26,338 bases of DNA. Origin: a virus (lineage: Duplodnaviria > Caudoviricetes). Position numbers and translations under genes: made by a program. Location of the stretch: the IMG/VR virus record IMGVR_UViG_3300043399_000013, positions 1 through 26,338 of that record. The stretch is one strand, 5' to 3'. Below are positions 16,312 to 25,348 of this stretch, one piece after another (within the stretch, counting starts at the first letter, position 1; the number at the start of each line of letters is the position of its first letter). The notes under the pieces are model-generated. The model had not been told where the DNA came from. It saw only the letters and a list, made by a program, of their open reading frames with translations, and ran no database searches.

Positions 16312-19300
16312 TTATGCAGGTTTGCCACTATAAACTGACCACGATACACTATTTATTGCCACTGTTTCTATTTGTGTTAACGAAATTCCAGAATCGTCGT
16401 CAATAACGTTCCTGTTTGTACCAGCATATACATTAAAAATATCTTCAGGTGTACTGATGTAAGACGATGTTCTTCCAATTGCGTATACATCTGACCATTT
16501 CTTTTGTGACCAATCACTCCAAATATAGGTAAGGACACCGCTTCCAACATACGCACCAGTTGCTGAACTTGAAACCTTAAAATTATATTCATCTATTACA
16601 GAATATACGGTTCCCGTAAAGTTATACTGTGAAGGATTGCTTCCAGTTATTTTTACACTCTGCCCTGCGGCGAGTGGGTGTGGAATGGTTGTGGTATACG
16701 TCACATATGTTCCATCTCCTACAGCAGCAGCAATATCATCCTGATACACATTTTCCCAGACGCGAAGACTAATGTCTGTTTGTATTCCAAGCCCTTCAGT
16801 CAAATAATATGAAACATTGTTAAACACAAAGCCTCCTAGAAGACTTATTGCTCCCTCTGTATATTGACTAAAATCAAGACTGCTTGGAAAAACAATGCCA
16901 ATATGATTCCATTCATAATTATTGATGATAGGATTCTTTACATATTTTCCATTCTGATAGAAACTAAATCCAGACAGTTCTTCATATTCTGCTTCAACAA
17001 TTGATGATGACGCCATTGTTATGTTTATTTCACTATCAAAATTATCTGTTGAATCTCCAGCATCTACTGTCTCAGTGAATATTTGAGTTGATGCACTTCC
17101 ACCATCTAAGAATAGTGCATCACCCTTGTTATATAAAGAAAATGTCATTCCAGCATCAGTATTATTAAGAATTAATGACAATGTTCCATCGCTATGCTTT
17201 ATTTCCATTATTGAAACATCTGTATCAGAATCTGATATTTTTCCCAGCATAAAGAATTTTATTGCACCAATAGAGAAGTTATCTGACCCAACCTTGTTTA
17301 TTGGTATAGATATCCTATATTGATTGGATGTTGACGGATTTGTCAATAAATATTTGTTTACCACCTCTATACCAGATTTTTTCGTTGTATATGTATATGG
17401 AGTATTTGTCTTATATATCAAATATGGATTTTTATCTTTATAGTCTAATCCAGATGTTTTTACAATTTCTGGATAAACTTTAGTTCCAAATTTTGTTCCA
17501 ACATATGATCCAGTATTTTGATCATCAACATAATTAAAGTTTTTAGAGGTAATCTCCAGATTTCTAATTTTCAAAGGATTTTTAATAATAGATCTCTGCT
17601 TGATATAAAAATGAACAACCATTGCATAATCTTCAAAGTTTTGATCTTTTGGTGCATATACAATAGTATTGTCTACAAATTCAAACTTTGTGTCATATGG
17701 ATATGTTTCAAGGTCTGCATCTATTACATAATTATCTGGAATTGATTTTGTATAGGTAAAATCAGAAAGTGGCTTGTTTGCTCCATCAGCAATTGACTGA
17801 AATGTAATATAAGATCGAAGAGATGACTTTGGAATGCCCACAGTTTCTGTTGTTCCATTATTCATCTTTAAATCAAAATATGTATTGTATGATGCGTTTA
17901 AATCTGCATATGTTTGATATATAAAAGCATTTCCTAATTCTTCATATGTCCATTGTGCAATTGGGGCATAGGTATAGCCAACATTTACCTGCATTAAGTC
18001 AAGGTCGTAGTAAAGATCTCCATTTTCATCTCTTACATACCCAGCAAATTGTGTAAGTGGAAAATATTCTTCCCATCTTGATGAGACTGATATATCCATG
18101 TAAAACTTGTTATATTCATATTCTGGAATAAGTGTGTAACTTGCAATATGATTAAACAAAAGTTGGAAATTTGTATAATCTGTAAGTCCGTTTGTCATGA
18201 ATACTTCATTGTTTGGATATTCTGCCTCAATCTCCTGGTAATTTATTTGATTGCAGAATCCAACGTCGTAGATCTTTCCTTCAAATGTATTTTGCCCGTT
18301 ACCTCCGATATAAAGTTGAATTGATGATGGTGATGCAAAAAACTGTGAAACTGCATATCCAAAATGTGATCCAGCCTGACTGAAATTTAATCCAACCAGG
18401 GCTTCTTCGCCAATATTGATAATGTCAGAATGTATCTCTTCTCCATTAATGATATACCTAACCTCATCCTCAAAGATGACAATATTAAAACTCGTTCCAG
18501 TAATATTGTTGACAAAACTCATCAATGTTCGTTCTGAAGAAATGTTGCTTTCTATTTCAAATATTCCATAAACTGCAACAACTGGATCTGTTAGGATATT
18601 TAGTGATGGAAAATTAAAATAACAAGATTCTGTATAATTTGTTCCAGTTGTGCTCCACGAAACTGGGTCACTATTAATATCATAAGTAATATTTGGTCTG
18701 AATGTTACAAAGTTTGGATGAGGAACGTCTGGATAATCTAAAGTATTGACAATATAGTTGTCTGAATACCATTCGTATATATCTCTTGATCCAAGATATA
18801 TTGTTGGCAAACTGTAGTTTGGAACTGCAATGTAGTTTCTTGTTGCACTAAGATTGTTAAAATATCCAGCATCCCATCTTGCAATATCTGGATAAATAGT
18901 ATTTGCGCTATATTCTGATGTAGAGAAATCTATTGTTATTGGTGTACCGCCAAAACTGCTATCAAGCGTTTGAACTGATGGGGCACCTTGACCATAAACG
19001 AACCTTTTCTTTGCAACTATCTCAGCAATTTGGTATGGAAAAATAGAAATGGTGTCAATATGAAACATATTGAAAGAAGTGTAAGAATAAACACCCCACC
19101 AATCCTGGGTACTTGGCAAATCAATATTTTCTCTATCATAGGTCATATTTATGACTTCTTCGCCATTTATAAGTAGAGCAACGTTGTTTGAATTAATAAT
19201 AAAATGAACAAGCATTGGACGATACCATTCACCAACGCAGTGTGAGCCAATTTCATTTCCAACAACCAGAGTAATAAAGCCATCCTTTACCCATATTCCA

Positions 19301-20247
19301 TCATTGCTATTAATTGGACCGATAATCTTTTTGGCTACACTTGTTAATGGATCAAGTTTTACCCACATCTCTAATGTATATTGTTTGTTTCTTCCATTTT
19401 CGTACAGCATTCCCTTTCCAGGAAAAATAAAAGATGGCTCATCGGTTCCAGATGGGTATATGTTGGTAGAGTTATTTGTTCCATAAATAATTGGCATAAC
19501 GTCATTTTTTGCCAATAACTTATTTCCCTTAATCAAATAATATCCGTTATTAAAATTAACGCCATATTCATCTGCTGATATTCCCTCCATATCAACAAAA
19601 TCTATTTCGTCTGGCAAAACCTCTCTTGTACTTCCCAAACTTACAAAACAAGTATTCTGTGAATTTTGACCAACAGAGAGTCCATTCATAATAACTGTTC
19701 TTTCTGATGCTGTTGATGTTGCATCAAAATCAACCATTATTATTAGTTTTATGTATCCAGTCCAGTTGTCTGGTATCTCATACACTTGATTAAAGTTTAA
19801 CCATGATGATATTGTTGCTGGACTGATTGGATCAGACAATATTGTTTGAGTTCCAAGGGTGGCATGAGTGTATTGATAGCCAAACTTAAACCAATTAACA
19901 TAAGTTGGCTGATGATACAGCCAGAAATTTACACAAAATGTTGTAATTTCGGTATCTATATCTGATAACTGAAATGTGTTTGAACTTATTGCAGTAATGG
20001 TTCCTGCTGTACCGCTACTTTTTTCTAACGAAGAATAGATACTGTCTGGAAAGTCTGCTGGTTCATCTGGAATCGTTGGACTATTGCTTGCTGTACATGC
20101 TGTAAGAGTCCAGTTGGTGAATTTTCTATCATTGTCGTCAATGAGACTGAGATAAAACGCATCCTCGTCTAATGACCATAGAGCAATCGGATGCTCTTCA
20201 TAAACCTTTGTGGCATATTGATTTCCAGCATCCGTATTGATACCCAT
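16312..20247 (-). CDS. Large minor virion / tail protein with LamG (ConA-like) domain
   Basis: 1311 aa, beta-rich. N-terminal YATKVYEEHPIALWSLDE and LamG-like YTLEMWVKL...WYRPMLVHF...LLINGEEV. Exact role inferred. Confidence 0.65.
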   Translation of the reverse strand: MGINTDAGNQYATKVYEEHPIALWSLDEDAFYLSLIDDNDRKFTNWTLTACTASNSPTIPDEPADFPDSIYSSLEKSSGTAGTITAISSNTFQLSDIDTEITTFCVNFWLYHQPTYVNWFKFGYQYTHATLGTQTILSDPISPATISSWLNFNQVYEIPDNWTGYIKLIIMVDFDATSTASERTVIMNGLSVGQNSQNTCFVSLGSTREVLPDEIDFVDMEGISADEYGVNFNNGYYLIKGNKLLAKNDVMPIIYGTNNSTNIYPSGTDEPSFIFPGKGMLYENGRNKQYTLEMWVKLDPLTSVAKKIIGPINSNDGIWVKDGFITLVVGNEIGSHCVGEWYRPMLVHFIINSNNVALLINGEEVINMTYDRENIDLPSTQDWWGVYSYTSFNMFHIDTISIFPYQIAEIVAKKRFVYGQGAPSVQTLDSSFGGTPITIDFSTSEYSANTIYPDIARWDAGYFNNLSATRNYIAVPNYSLPTIYLGSRDIYEWYSDNYIVNTLDYPDVPHPNFVTFRPNITYDINSDPVSWSTTGTNYTESCYFNFPSLNILTDPVVAVYGIFEIESNISSERTLMSFVNNITGTSFNIVIFEDEVRYIINGEEIHSDIINIGEEALVGLNFSQAGSHFGYAVSQFFASPSSIQLYIGGNGQNTFEGKIYDVGFCNQINYQEIEAEYPNNEVFMTNGLTDYTNFQLLFNHIASYTLIPEYEYNKFYMDISVSSRWEEYFPLTQFAGYVRDENGDLYYDLDLMQVNVGYTYAPIAQWTYEELGNAFIYQTYADLNASYNTYFDLKMNNGTTETVGIPKSSLRSYITFQSIADGANKPLSDFTYTKSIPDNYVIDADLETYPYDTKFEFVDNTIVYAPKDQNFEDYAMVVHFYIKQRSIIKNPLKIRNLEITSKNFNYVDDQNTGSYVGTKFGTKVYPEIVKTSGLDYKDKNPYLIYKTNTPYTYTTKKSGIEVVNKYLLTNPSTSNQYRISIPINKVGSDNFSIGAIKFFMLGKISDSDTDVSIMEIKHSDGTLSLILNNTDAGMTFSLYNKGDALFLDGGSASTQIFTETVDAGDSTDNFDSEINITMASSSIVEAEYEELSGFSFYQNGKYVKNPIINNYEWNHIGIVFPSSLDFSQYTEGAISLLGGFVFNNVSYYLTEGLGIQTDISLRVWENVYQDDIAAAVGDGTYVTYTTTIPHPLAAGQSVKITGSNPSQYNFTGTVYSVIDEYNFKVSSSATGAYVGSGVLTYIWSDWSQKKWSDVYAIGRTSSYISTPEDIFNVYAGTNRNVIDDDSGISLTQIETVAINSVSWSVYSGKPA

Positions 20248-20254
20248 ATATCAT

Positions 20255-20263
20255 ATTATAGCA
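20255..20263 (-). promoter_or_regulatory. Extended -10 (TGCTATAAT), leaderless configuration
   Basis: Exact consensus, 7 nt before the ATG at 20247; no room for an SD. Confidence 0.72.
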
Positions 20264-20293
20264 AGGAGGGGAAGCCATTAAGCCTCCCCTCCT
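20264..20293 (-). terminator. Hairpin / probable terminator after nrdJ
   Basis: AGGAGGGGAGGC-TTAATG-GCTTCCCCTCCT: 12-bp stem with one G-U pair on the minus transcript; weak U tract. Confidence 0.65.
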
Positions 20294-20325
20294 AATTTTG
20301 CTATTTAATTTTGTAAATTATTGTA

Positions 20326-22293
20326 TTATGACACTCTTGATAACTGATCAACAGTAACATCTACATCGCATCCAAATCCATCACCAGATGCAACACATGC
20401 TAACTCCTGTGAGCCAGTAGTCCCATCCTCCAACTCATACAGGGGCAGAGATTGCCATGGAATATCCTTAGGCATAGCGGCCTTCGCTGCCTCATACTCC
20501 TCTTTGCTAATTGGCTGATATGGTGCTTGCTTATAAACGTGATCAGAGGCTGGAAGGAATGAAATTCCTCCGACATGATCAAAGTTGTCAAATACCCATG
20601 CAGCAACGTCCATCCATTCATCTTCCTTAATATTAATAGTAACTGATGGATTATGCTCTGTCCAGTTCTGACGATATACCTTCCAAATTTCAAGGTGTTC
20701 TATAGCAGACAAATCGCTTGTTACAACTGCGCCCTCTGGGGCGGCAATTGGAAATGAAAATACTGTAGAACTATTATTCATTACGTCTGGCTCATTTGGA
20801 ACGCCAAAGTCCTTGAGAAATTGTGTTAGAGGATCTTTATTGTCTGCACGAACAGTGCGAATGTAATACTGTGAGTACCAAGGGTGAATACCGCTTGATA
20901 CGCCAGTCAACTGAGAAACAGTTCCAGATGGCTTAACTGTAGTAACAGCAACAGAGTGCTCAATACCAAGAATGTCTGCCTCAATGGCATTCTCTCCAAC
21001 AGCGAGTTCTCTGAGTGAGTCAAGCATATTTGGAAGATTCTTATGAAGTGTTCCAGTTAGCGGATTGCCAAAAATACCAGTAAGAGATACACCAAGTAGT
21101 CGTTCCTCTTCCGTATTATCCTTCCAGGTCTTACGAATATACTTAAAATTGCTGAGTGTTGATTGCCATGTTCCAAGAATTGCGGCAACCTGAACCTTAT
21201 CGGCAAGAGTTTCGTATGTATCGTCACCAGAGATCACAACCTCTGTTAGATTACAGAACTGGTTTGGACGAAGTAGGATTTCTCCGCATGGATTTGTTCC
21301 CATTACCTTGCTTGAGTCACGACGACCAAACTTGTCAATGTGCTTACGAACAGAATCCATATTGTAGATACCACGCTCGCCAGACTTTGACTCATAAAGA
21401 TTGCGCCATTCACGAAGGAACTGGGCAGTATTTGGCTTCATGTTGTATACCGCTGAATTATTGGCAAGGGCACGATGTGGTTGATCCATCCACCATTGTC
21501 CACTCTTTGCCTTAGCCATCTCAAAGTCATCTAGATTAGAAAGACTAATGAGGGCTGAGCGACGAACACCGCCAACAACAATGACTTCTGCTACCTTGCA
21601 CATAAGGTCATGAGCCTCAACTGGCTTTAGTCTGCGGCCCTTAGCATTCTTAAATGTTTCTACTGCAAACTTGAACAGTTGATTGAGTGGCTCTGGACCT
21701 GAAGCACGACCACCAAATGTCTTGAGGCGGGCACCAGCAGGACGAACCTTGCTCATATCCCAGTTTGGAACCTGTCCCATTGCAAGAAGAGCAAGAAGTT
21801 CCTTGAATGCCTTTGCCCAACCCAACTTGCTATCCTCAACAATAATGACGGTATTGCTTGGATACAGTTCTTCAGCAATGATAGGAAGTTGATCGATATA
21901 CTTTTGCTCAACTGAGAAACCAACCCCTGTACCGTTCATCAAAATATACATAGCCTCATCAAAGGCACGAAGACTATCTACAGCAATAAAAGAGCAGTTG
22001 TAAGCAGCAATATTGTCTCTTTCCAATGCTGGCCCAGCGGTCATCATAGCACGCATTGAAGGCATAACATTGTGATTGAGAATTGCTTCACGGACACGGG
22101 CAAACTTAATGTCATTCTCATCATAGTTATAGTTCTTCACAAGATGATTCTTCATGAATGTCATGTAACGATCTACAGTCTCTACCCAAGTCTCCCTTCT
22201 ACCTTTTTCTTCCATCCATCTACTGTACTTGGAGATATGGATAAAATTTCTGTACGGATCTGTAATTGATCCGTTGTCGTCAATAAATGACAT
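20326..22293 (-). CDS. nrdJ: Class II adenosylcobalamin-dependent ribonucleotide reductase (monomeric RTPR-like), 655 aa
   Basis: Motifs RRETW, PSMRAM, YNCSF, GTGVGFS, GGVRRSA, TNPCGEI, CNLTE, VKPSGT and a C-terminal Cys pair; no beta-subunit gene adjacent. Start reassigned to ATG 22293 (MSFIDDNG), downstream of the promoter. Confidence 0.93.
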   Translation of the reverse strand: MSFIDDNGSITDPYRNFIHISKYSRWMEEKGRRETWVETVDRYMTFMKNHLVKNYNYDENDIKFARVREAILNHNVMPSMRAMMTAGPALERDNIAAYNCSFIAVDSLRAFDEAMYILMNGTGVGFSVEQKYIDQLPIIAEELYPSNTVIIVEDSKLGWAKAFKELLALLAMGQVPNWDMSKVRPAGARLKTFGGRASGPEPLNQLFKFAVETFKNAKGRRLKPVEAHDLMCKVAEVIVVGGVRRSALISLSNLDDFEMAKAKSGQWWMDQPHRALANNSAVYNMKPNTAQFLREWRNLYESKSGERGIYNMDSVRKHIDKFGRRDSSKVMGTNPCGEILLRPNQFCNLTEVVISGDDTYETLADKVQVAAILGTWQSTLSNFKYIRKTWKDNTEEERLLGVSLTGIFGNPLTGTLHKNLPNMLDSLRELAVGENAIEADILGIEHSVAVTTVKPSGTVSQLTGVSSGIHPWYSQYYIRTVRADNKDPLTQFLKDFGVPNEPDVMNNSSTVFSFPIAAPEGAVVTSDLSAIEHLEIWKVYRQNWTEHNPSVTINIKEDEWMDVAAWVFDNFDHVGGISFLPASDHVYKQAPYQPISKEEYEAAKAAMPKDIPWQSLPLYELEDGTTGSQELACVASGDGFGCDVDVTVDQLSRVS

Positions 22294-22327
22294 ATGAACA
22301 CCATCCCTAGAAAAAATTATAGACTTC

Positions 22328-22336
22328 ATTGTATCA
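22328..22336 (-). promoter_or_regulatory. Extended -10 (TGATACAAT) for nrdJ
   Basis: One mismatch to consensus, 34 nt upstream of the ATG at 22293. Confidence 0.62.
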
Positions 22337-22375
22337 ACTTTTATGCCTATCCGCAATACGGATAGAGGAAAAGTT
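22336..22375 (-). terminator. Interrupted inverted repeat; possible terminator or operator
   Basis: AACTTTT..CTATCCG-5 nt-CGGATAG..AAAAGTT between the fibre gene and the nrdJ promoter; no U tract after the stem on the minus strand. Confidence 0.45.
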
Positions 22376-22408
22376 AAACATTTTCAAGTGATTTTTATAA
22401 CAATTAGA

Positions 22409-23572
22409 TTACATTGCGCCAAGCAAAAATGATGGAACAAAGTCTGTTGTGGCAGTAGCAGACGAAGCAATAGTAATACTTCCAGAAGTCTTTGTCAAGG
22501 TTATATTTGTTCCAGCCTTGATATCTACTGTCTTTGAAGCAGATCCATTAAAGGTATAAAGATCTGTTCCCTCTGTTGTTCCACTATCAAACTTAAGGGA
22601 AAGAGGATTGGTTGTTGTTCCACCGCCTGCTGCAAGTGGGCCAACAGTTGAACCATTTACCTGAACATACATTCCTGCGGTAGTTGTCCAAACATCTCCA
22701 TTGTTGGGTGCAGTTGGCGCAGTGCCGTGGGCAACATTTAAACTTGCAGCACTAGTAGTAGAAGCAGTAAGAGAAAGAAATGCAGTTGGAGATGTTACGC
22801 CAATGCCAACATATCCAGTATTATCTATTCTTACTCTTTCTAATCTGGTTGCCGTTCCAGTTGTAGTTGTAAAAAATGATAGATATGTTCCATTGGCAGT
22901 ATCTGTCCATGTTTCTGATGCCCGTGCGGCAATCAATGCACGACCAGAATCTATCCATTGAGTAGCACCATAACCCCTAAAGTTTACTCCACCCAAATAA
23001 TCATTTGCCTGTGTTGCTGTTGGAGAACTTGCTGTTCCTCTGCTTTTATAAAGTACCAAGTCTGATCCAGTAGTTGCAGCATTAGATCTTCTTGTAATAA
23101 ATCCATCATTTGCGCTAAAGGCAATTTCTAATGGTGCAGTTGGTGATGTTGTTCCAATTCCCACATTACCGCTTGCAGAGACAACAAATGGCGTACTATC
23201 GGGATTTGTGTCATCTTCTACTACTAGGGCATTTCCTGCACCGACTTGAGTAATTCTTAATGCATTAGTAGCAGAATTTGCTAAAATGATTCCAGTTCCG
23301 TTTACTGTGATACCCGCAAAACTTGGCGAGGCAGTAGATTGAAGATCCTGACTAAGAGACATGCTCATTTTGCCAGTAGTGTCATTATAAGTTGGAGTTC
23401 CTAGGCCATTATTAAATGTACCCCCCGTCCACATTGCAGCAGACTTGTCTTCAATGATTTCCTGAAGATCTGTATCGATTTTTGTGGCTAAGTTTTGAAT
23501 ATCTACAGCAACATTTACTGGATCAGTATTTTGCGGGTAAGGCAAAGCGTAATTTGATGTTGTGCTGGCCAT
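22409..23572 (-). CDS. Tail fibre-like virion protein
   Basis: 387 aa, T/S/G/A-rich. Two shaft repeats, GNVGIGTTSPTAPL and GYVGIGVTSPTAFL; N-terminal TTSNYALPYP...D...VAVDIQNLA attachment-type segment. Confidence 0.72.
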   Translation of the reverse strand: MASTTSNYALPYPQNTDPVNVAVDIQNLATKIDTDLQEIIEDKSAAMWTGGTFNNGLGTPTYNDTTGKMSMSLSQDLQSTASPSFAGITVNGTGIILANSATNALRITQVGAGNALVVEDDTNPDSTPFVVSASGNVGIGTTSPTAPLEIAFSANDGFITRRSNAATTGSDLVLYKSRGTASSPTATQANDYLGGVNFRGYGATQWIDSGRALIAARASETWTDTANGTYLSFFTTTTGTATRLERVRIDNTGYVGIGVTSPTAFLSLTASTTSAASLNVAHGTAPTAPNNGDVWTTTAGMYVQVNGSTVGPLAAGGGTTTNPLSLKFDSGTTEGTDLYTFNGSASKTVDIKAGTNITLTKTSGSITIASSATATTDFVPSFLLGAM

Positions 23573-23578
23573 AATTTA

Positions 23579-23587
23579 ATTATATCA
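23579..23587 (-). promoter_or_regulatory. Extended -10 (TGATATAAT), leaderless configuration
   Basis: Its TGA is the stop codon of the upstream gene; 6 nt separate it from the ATG at 23572. Confidence 0.7.
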
Positions 23588-23842
23588 CTCGGATGATTGA
23601 GATGGATCGACAAACATATTTCCGTCCCAAGTCCATCCTATTCCTGGGTATGGTCCACGATATTGTCCAGCGATTGGATTACCGCTATATGAGCACTGAA
23701 CCCAGATTCCGCCTATGAGTTCTGAAAGAAACTGTTGCCCTAAGGATTCTTGTTCGATACCATTATCGTCGGTAATAACATCGTTATTTACAACAACAAC
23801 TTGCTTAACAAATCCATTTTCTACTTCTGCGAAATGTGCCAT
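23585..23842 (-). CDS. Small phage protein (MAHFA-type) following the Gly-rich gene
   Basis: 85 aa, GGAG SD. MAHFAE...VKQVVVV...WVQCSY...YPGIGWTWD pattern; function unknown. Confidence 0.78.
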   Translation of the reverse strand: MAHFAEVENGFVKQVVVVNNDVITDDNGIEQESLGQQFLSELIGGIWVQCSYSGNPIAGQYRGPYPGIGWTWDGNMFVDPSQSSE

Positions 23843-23850
23843 ATTATCTC

Positions 23851-24738
23851 CTAACTAATCACCACAACAACATATCCAGAGCCACCAGCACCACCGTTAC
23901 TTTGTGATGCATCGCCATGACCCCCGCCCCCGCCACCACCGCCTGTATTTATCGTTCCCGCTGTTCCGACTGCATTTGCACCGCCTGCACCGCCGCCGCC
24001 CGTGCCGCCTGTTCCTGCTGTAGCAAAATAAGATCCACCTCCGCCTCCTCCAGCAAATGTTAAAGAACTTCCCGTAATTGTATTTGTTGAACCATTTCCA
24101 CCATTTCCACCAGTTGTGCTCGTTACACTTTGTCCTACTCCACCAGCCCCTCCTCCACCAGCACCAGGTCCATCTCCTCCGACACGAGTGCTTGTTCCTC
24201 CATTATTTCCTAGTCCAACAGAACCCAAACCAGCATTTGTACCATTTCCTCCACCAGCACATCCTCCTCCAGATCCTCCTCCAGATGGTGGCACAGAATA
24301 ATAATATACATTTGCGCCACCTCCACCTCCTGGAATAATAATATCGCCAAGTCTAGAAACAGTTCCATGCCTTGAATTTGCTGCTCCCCCACCACCCACA
24401 GTTACAGTTAGTACTCCACTTTGCAAATAAGTATTAGATGAATACCAATAGCCGCCACCGCCACCACCGCCGCCCGATGCAGCCGTTGCTAGTCCAGAAC
24501 CACCTCCTCCGCCTCCAGCAACAATAAGAACTTCTGCATATCCAGGATTATCAATAGTAATTGAACCAGATCCAGTAAATTTATAAATAGTAAATCCTGG
24601 ACGAGAAGATGTATCGATAGTTGGAGATCCGGTGGTCGTAGAAGCCTTTGCTTTACCAGCGCCATTATTAATATTTGATAACGACTTTGTTTTAGAAATT
24701 CCGCCAAGGCCAGAAGTCTTAGCAGTTGTTAGAGACAT
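23851..24738 (-). CDS. Glycine-rich domain virion protein (fibre/receptor-binding accessory)
   Basis: 295 aa. YKFTGSGS...EVLIVAGGGGGG...AGGGGGG...NTGGGGGG...GGAGGSGYVVV pattern. Confidence 0.8.
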   Translation of the reverse strand: MSLTTAKTSGLGGISKTKSLSNINNGAGKAKASTTTGSPTIDTSSRPGFTIYKFTGSGSITIDNPGYAEVLIVAGGGGGGSGLATAASGGGGGGGGYWYSSNTYLQSGVLTVTVGGGGAANSRHGTVSRLGDIIIPGGGGGANVYYYSVPPSGGGSGGGCAGGGNGTNAGLGSVGLGNNGGTSTRVGGDGPGAGGGGAGGVGQSVTSTTGGNGGNGSTNTITGSSLTFAGGGGGGSYFATAGTGGTGGGGAGGANAVGTAGTINTGGGGGGGGHGDASQSNGGAGGSGYVVVVIS

Positions 24739-25082
24739 TATGTATTCTCCACGCCATAGGCACTAAAGTTTACTTCGTTACTTGATGAAGATACATTAAG
24801 GTACCTATTTGTTGGATCAAGAACGAGTCCAAGTGTTAGGGTGACTGTATCATTTGGAGCAATGGTTGCCTGAAATACGATATATCGACCAGCAGCATAG
24901 GTTGCGGAGGCAGTGTTGATAGCAATTGTATATGTTCTTGCTGTTGTTCCAGCATTACATACAACAATGCTTGAGATAATTGTGCTTGTACCCGCTGTAC
25001 CGCTGGCGGCATAAAGTTGTGCAGCAGTTCCAATTGTTCCGCTGCCTGCTGCTGCTCCTAGTTGCTTATATGTTGCTGGCAT
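24738..25082 (-). CDS. Small beta-rich putative virion structural protein
   Basis: 114 aa, GGAGG SD. YKQLG...IISSIVVCN...VNFSAYGVE; coupled to the Gly-rich gene. Confidence 0.75.
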   Translation of the reverse strand: MPATYKQLGAAAGSGTIGTAAQLYAASGTAGTSTIISSIVVCNAGTTARTYTIAINTASATYAAGRYIVFQATIAPNDTVTLTLGLVLDPTNRYLNVSSSSNEVNFSAYGVENT

Positions 25083-25099
25083 TTTATTCCTCCAAGATA

Positions 25100-25108
25100 A
25101 TTATATCA
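25100..25108 (-). promoter_or_regulatory. Extended -10 (TGATATAAT)
   Basis: Exact consensus immediately after the upstream TGA stop, followed by GGAGG and the ATG at 25082. Confidence 0.7.
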
Positions 25109-25348
25109 TCACCATTTATCTAATGGACACTTAGCATCTCGTATCCATGTTTTTGCCGACATCCAGCATCCACATTCAGAGCAGCAGTTAACTTGTTCAA
25201 GTTTTTCACATGAAAGACAGACTTCCATTCTTATTTTTCTTATATCTGAATCAATTTTTTCGATATCTTCACTTATTAGGTTAAATGGAAGAACCTGTTT
25301 TTTGTCAATAAAGTATGCTGGAGCATCTAAAACTTCATCATATATCAT
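25109..25348 (-). CDS. Small Cys-rich putative metal-binding protein (DUF6171-like)
   Basis: 79 aa from the ATGA-overlap start; RMEVCLSCE...CCSECGCWMSAKTWIRDAKCPLDKW. Confidence 0.72.
   Translation of the reverse strand: MIYDEVLDAPAYFIDKKQVLPFNLISEDIEKIDSDIRKIRMEVCLSCEKLEQVNCCSECGCWMSAKTWIRDAKCPLDKW

Noticed and set aside
20326-22293. Intein or intron in the RNR
   Set aside because: The ORF is continuous, of normal length, and its catalytic motifs are normally spaced.
22294-22408. Possible cobalamin riboswitch or NrdR box upstream of nrdJ
   Set aside because: The gap is only ~115 nt, the predicted leader is under 30 nt, the hairpin lies upstream of the -10, and I see no B12-box or NrdR palindrome.
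23860-24520. CCG/CCT/CCA-rich tandem tracts as a repeat array or DGR target
   Set aside because: They simply encode poly-Gly; there is no spacer structure, template/variable repeat pair or reverse transcriptase in the window.
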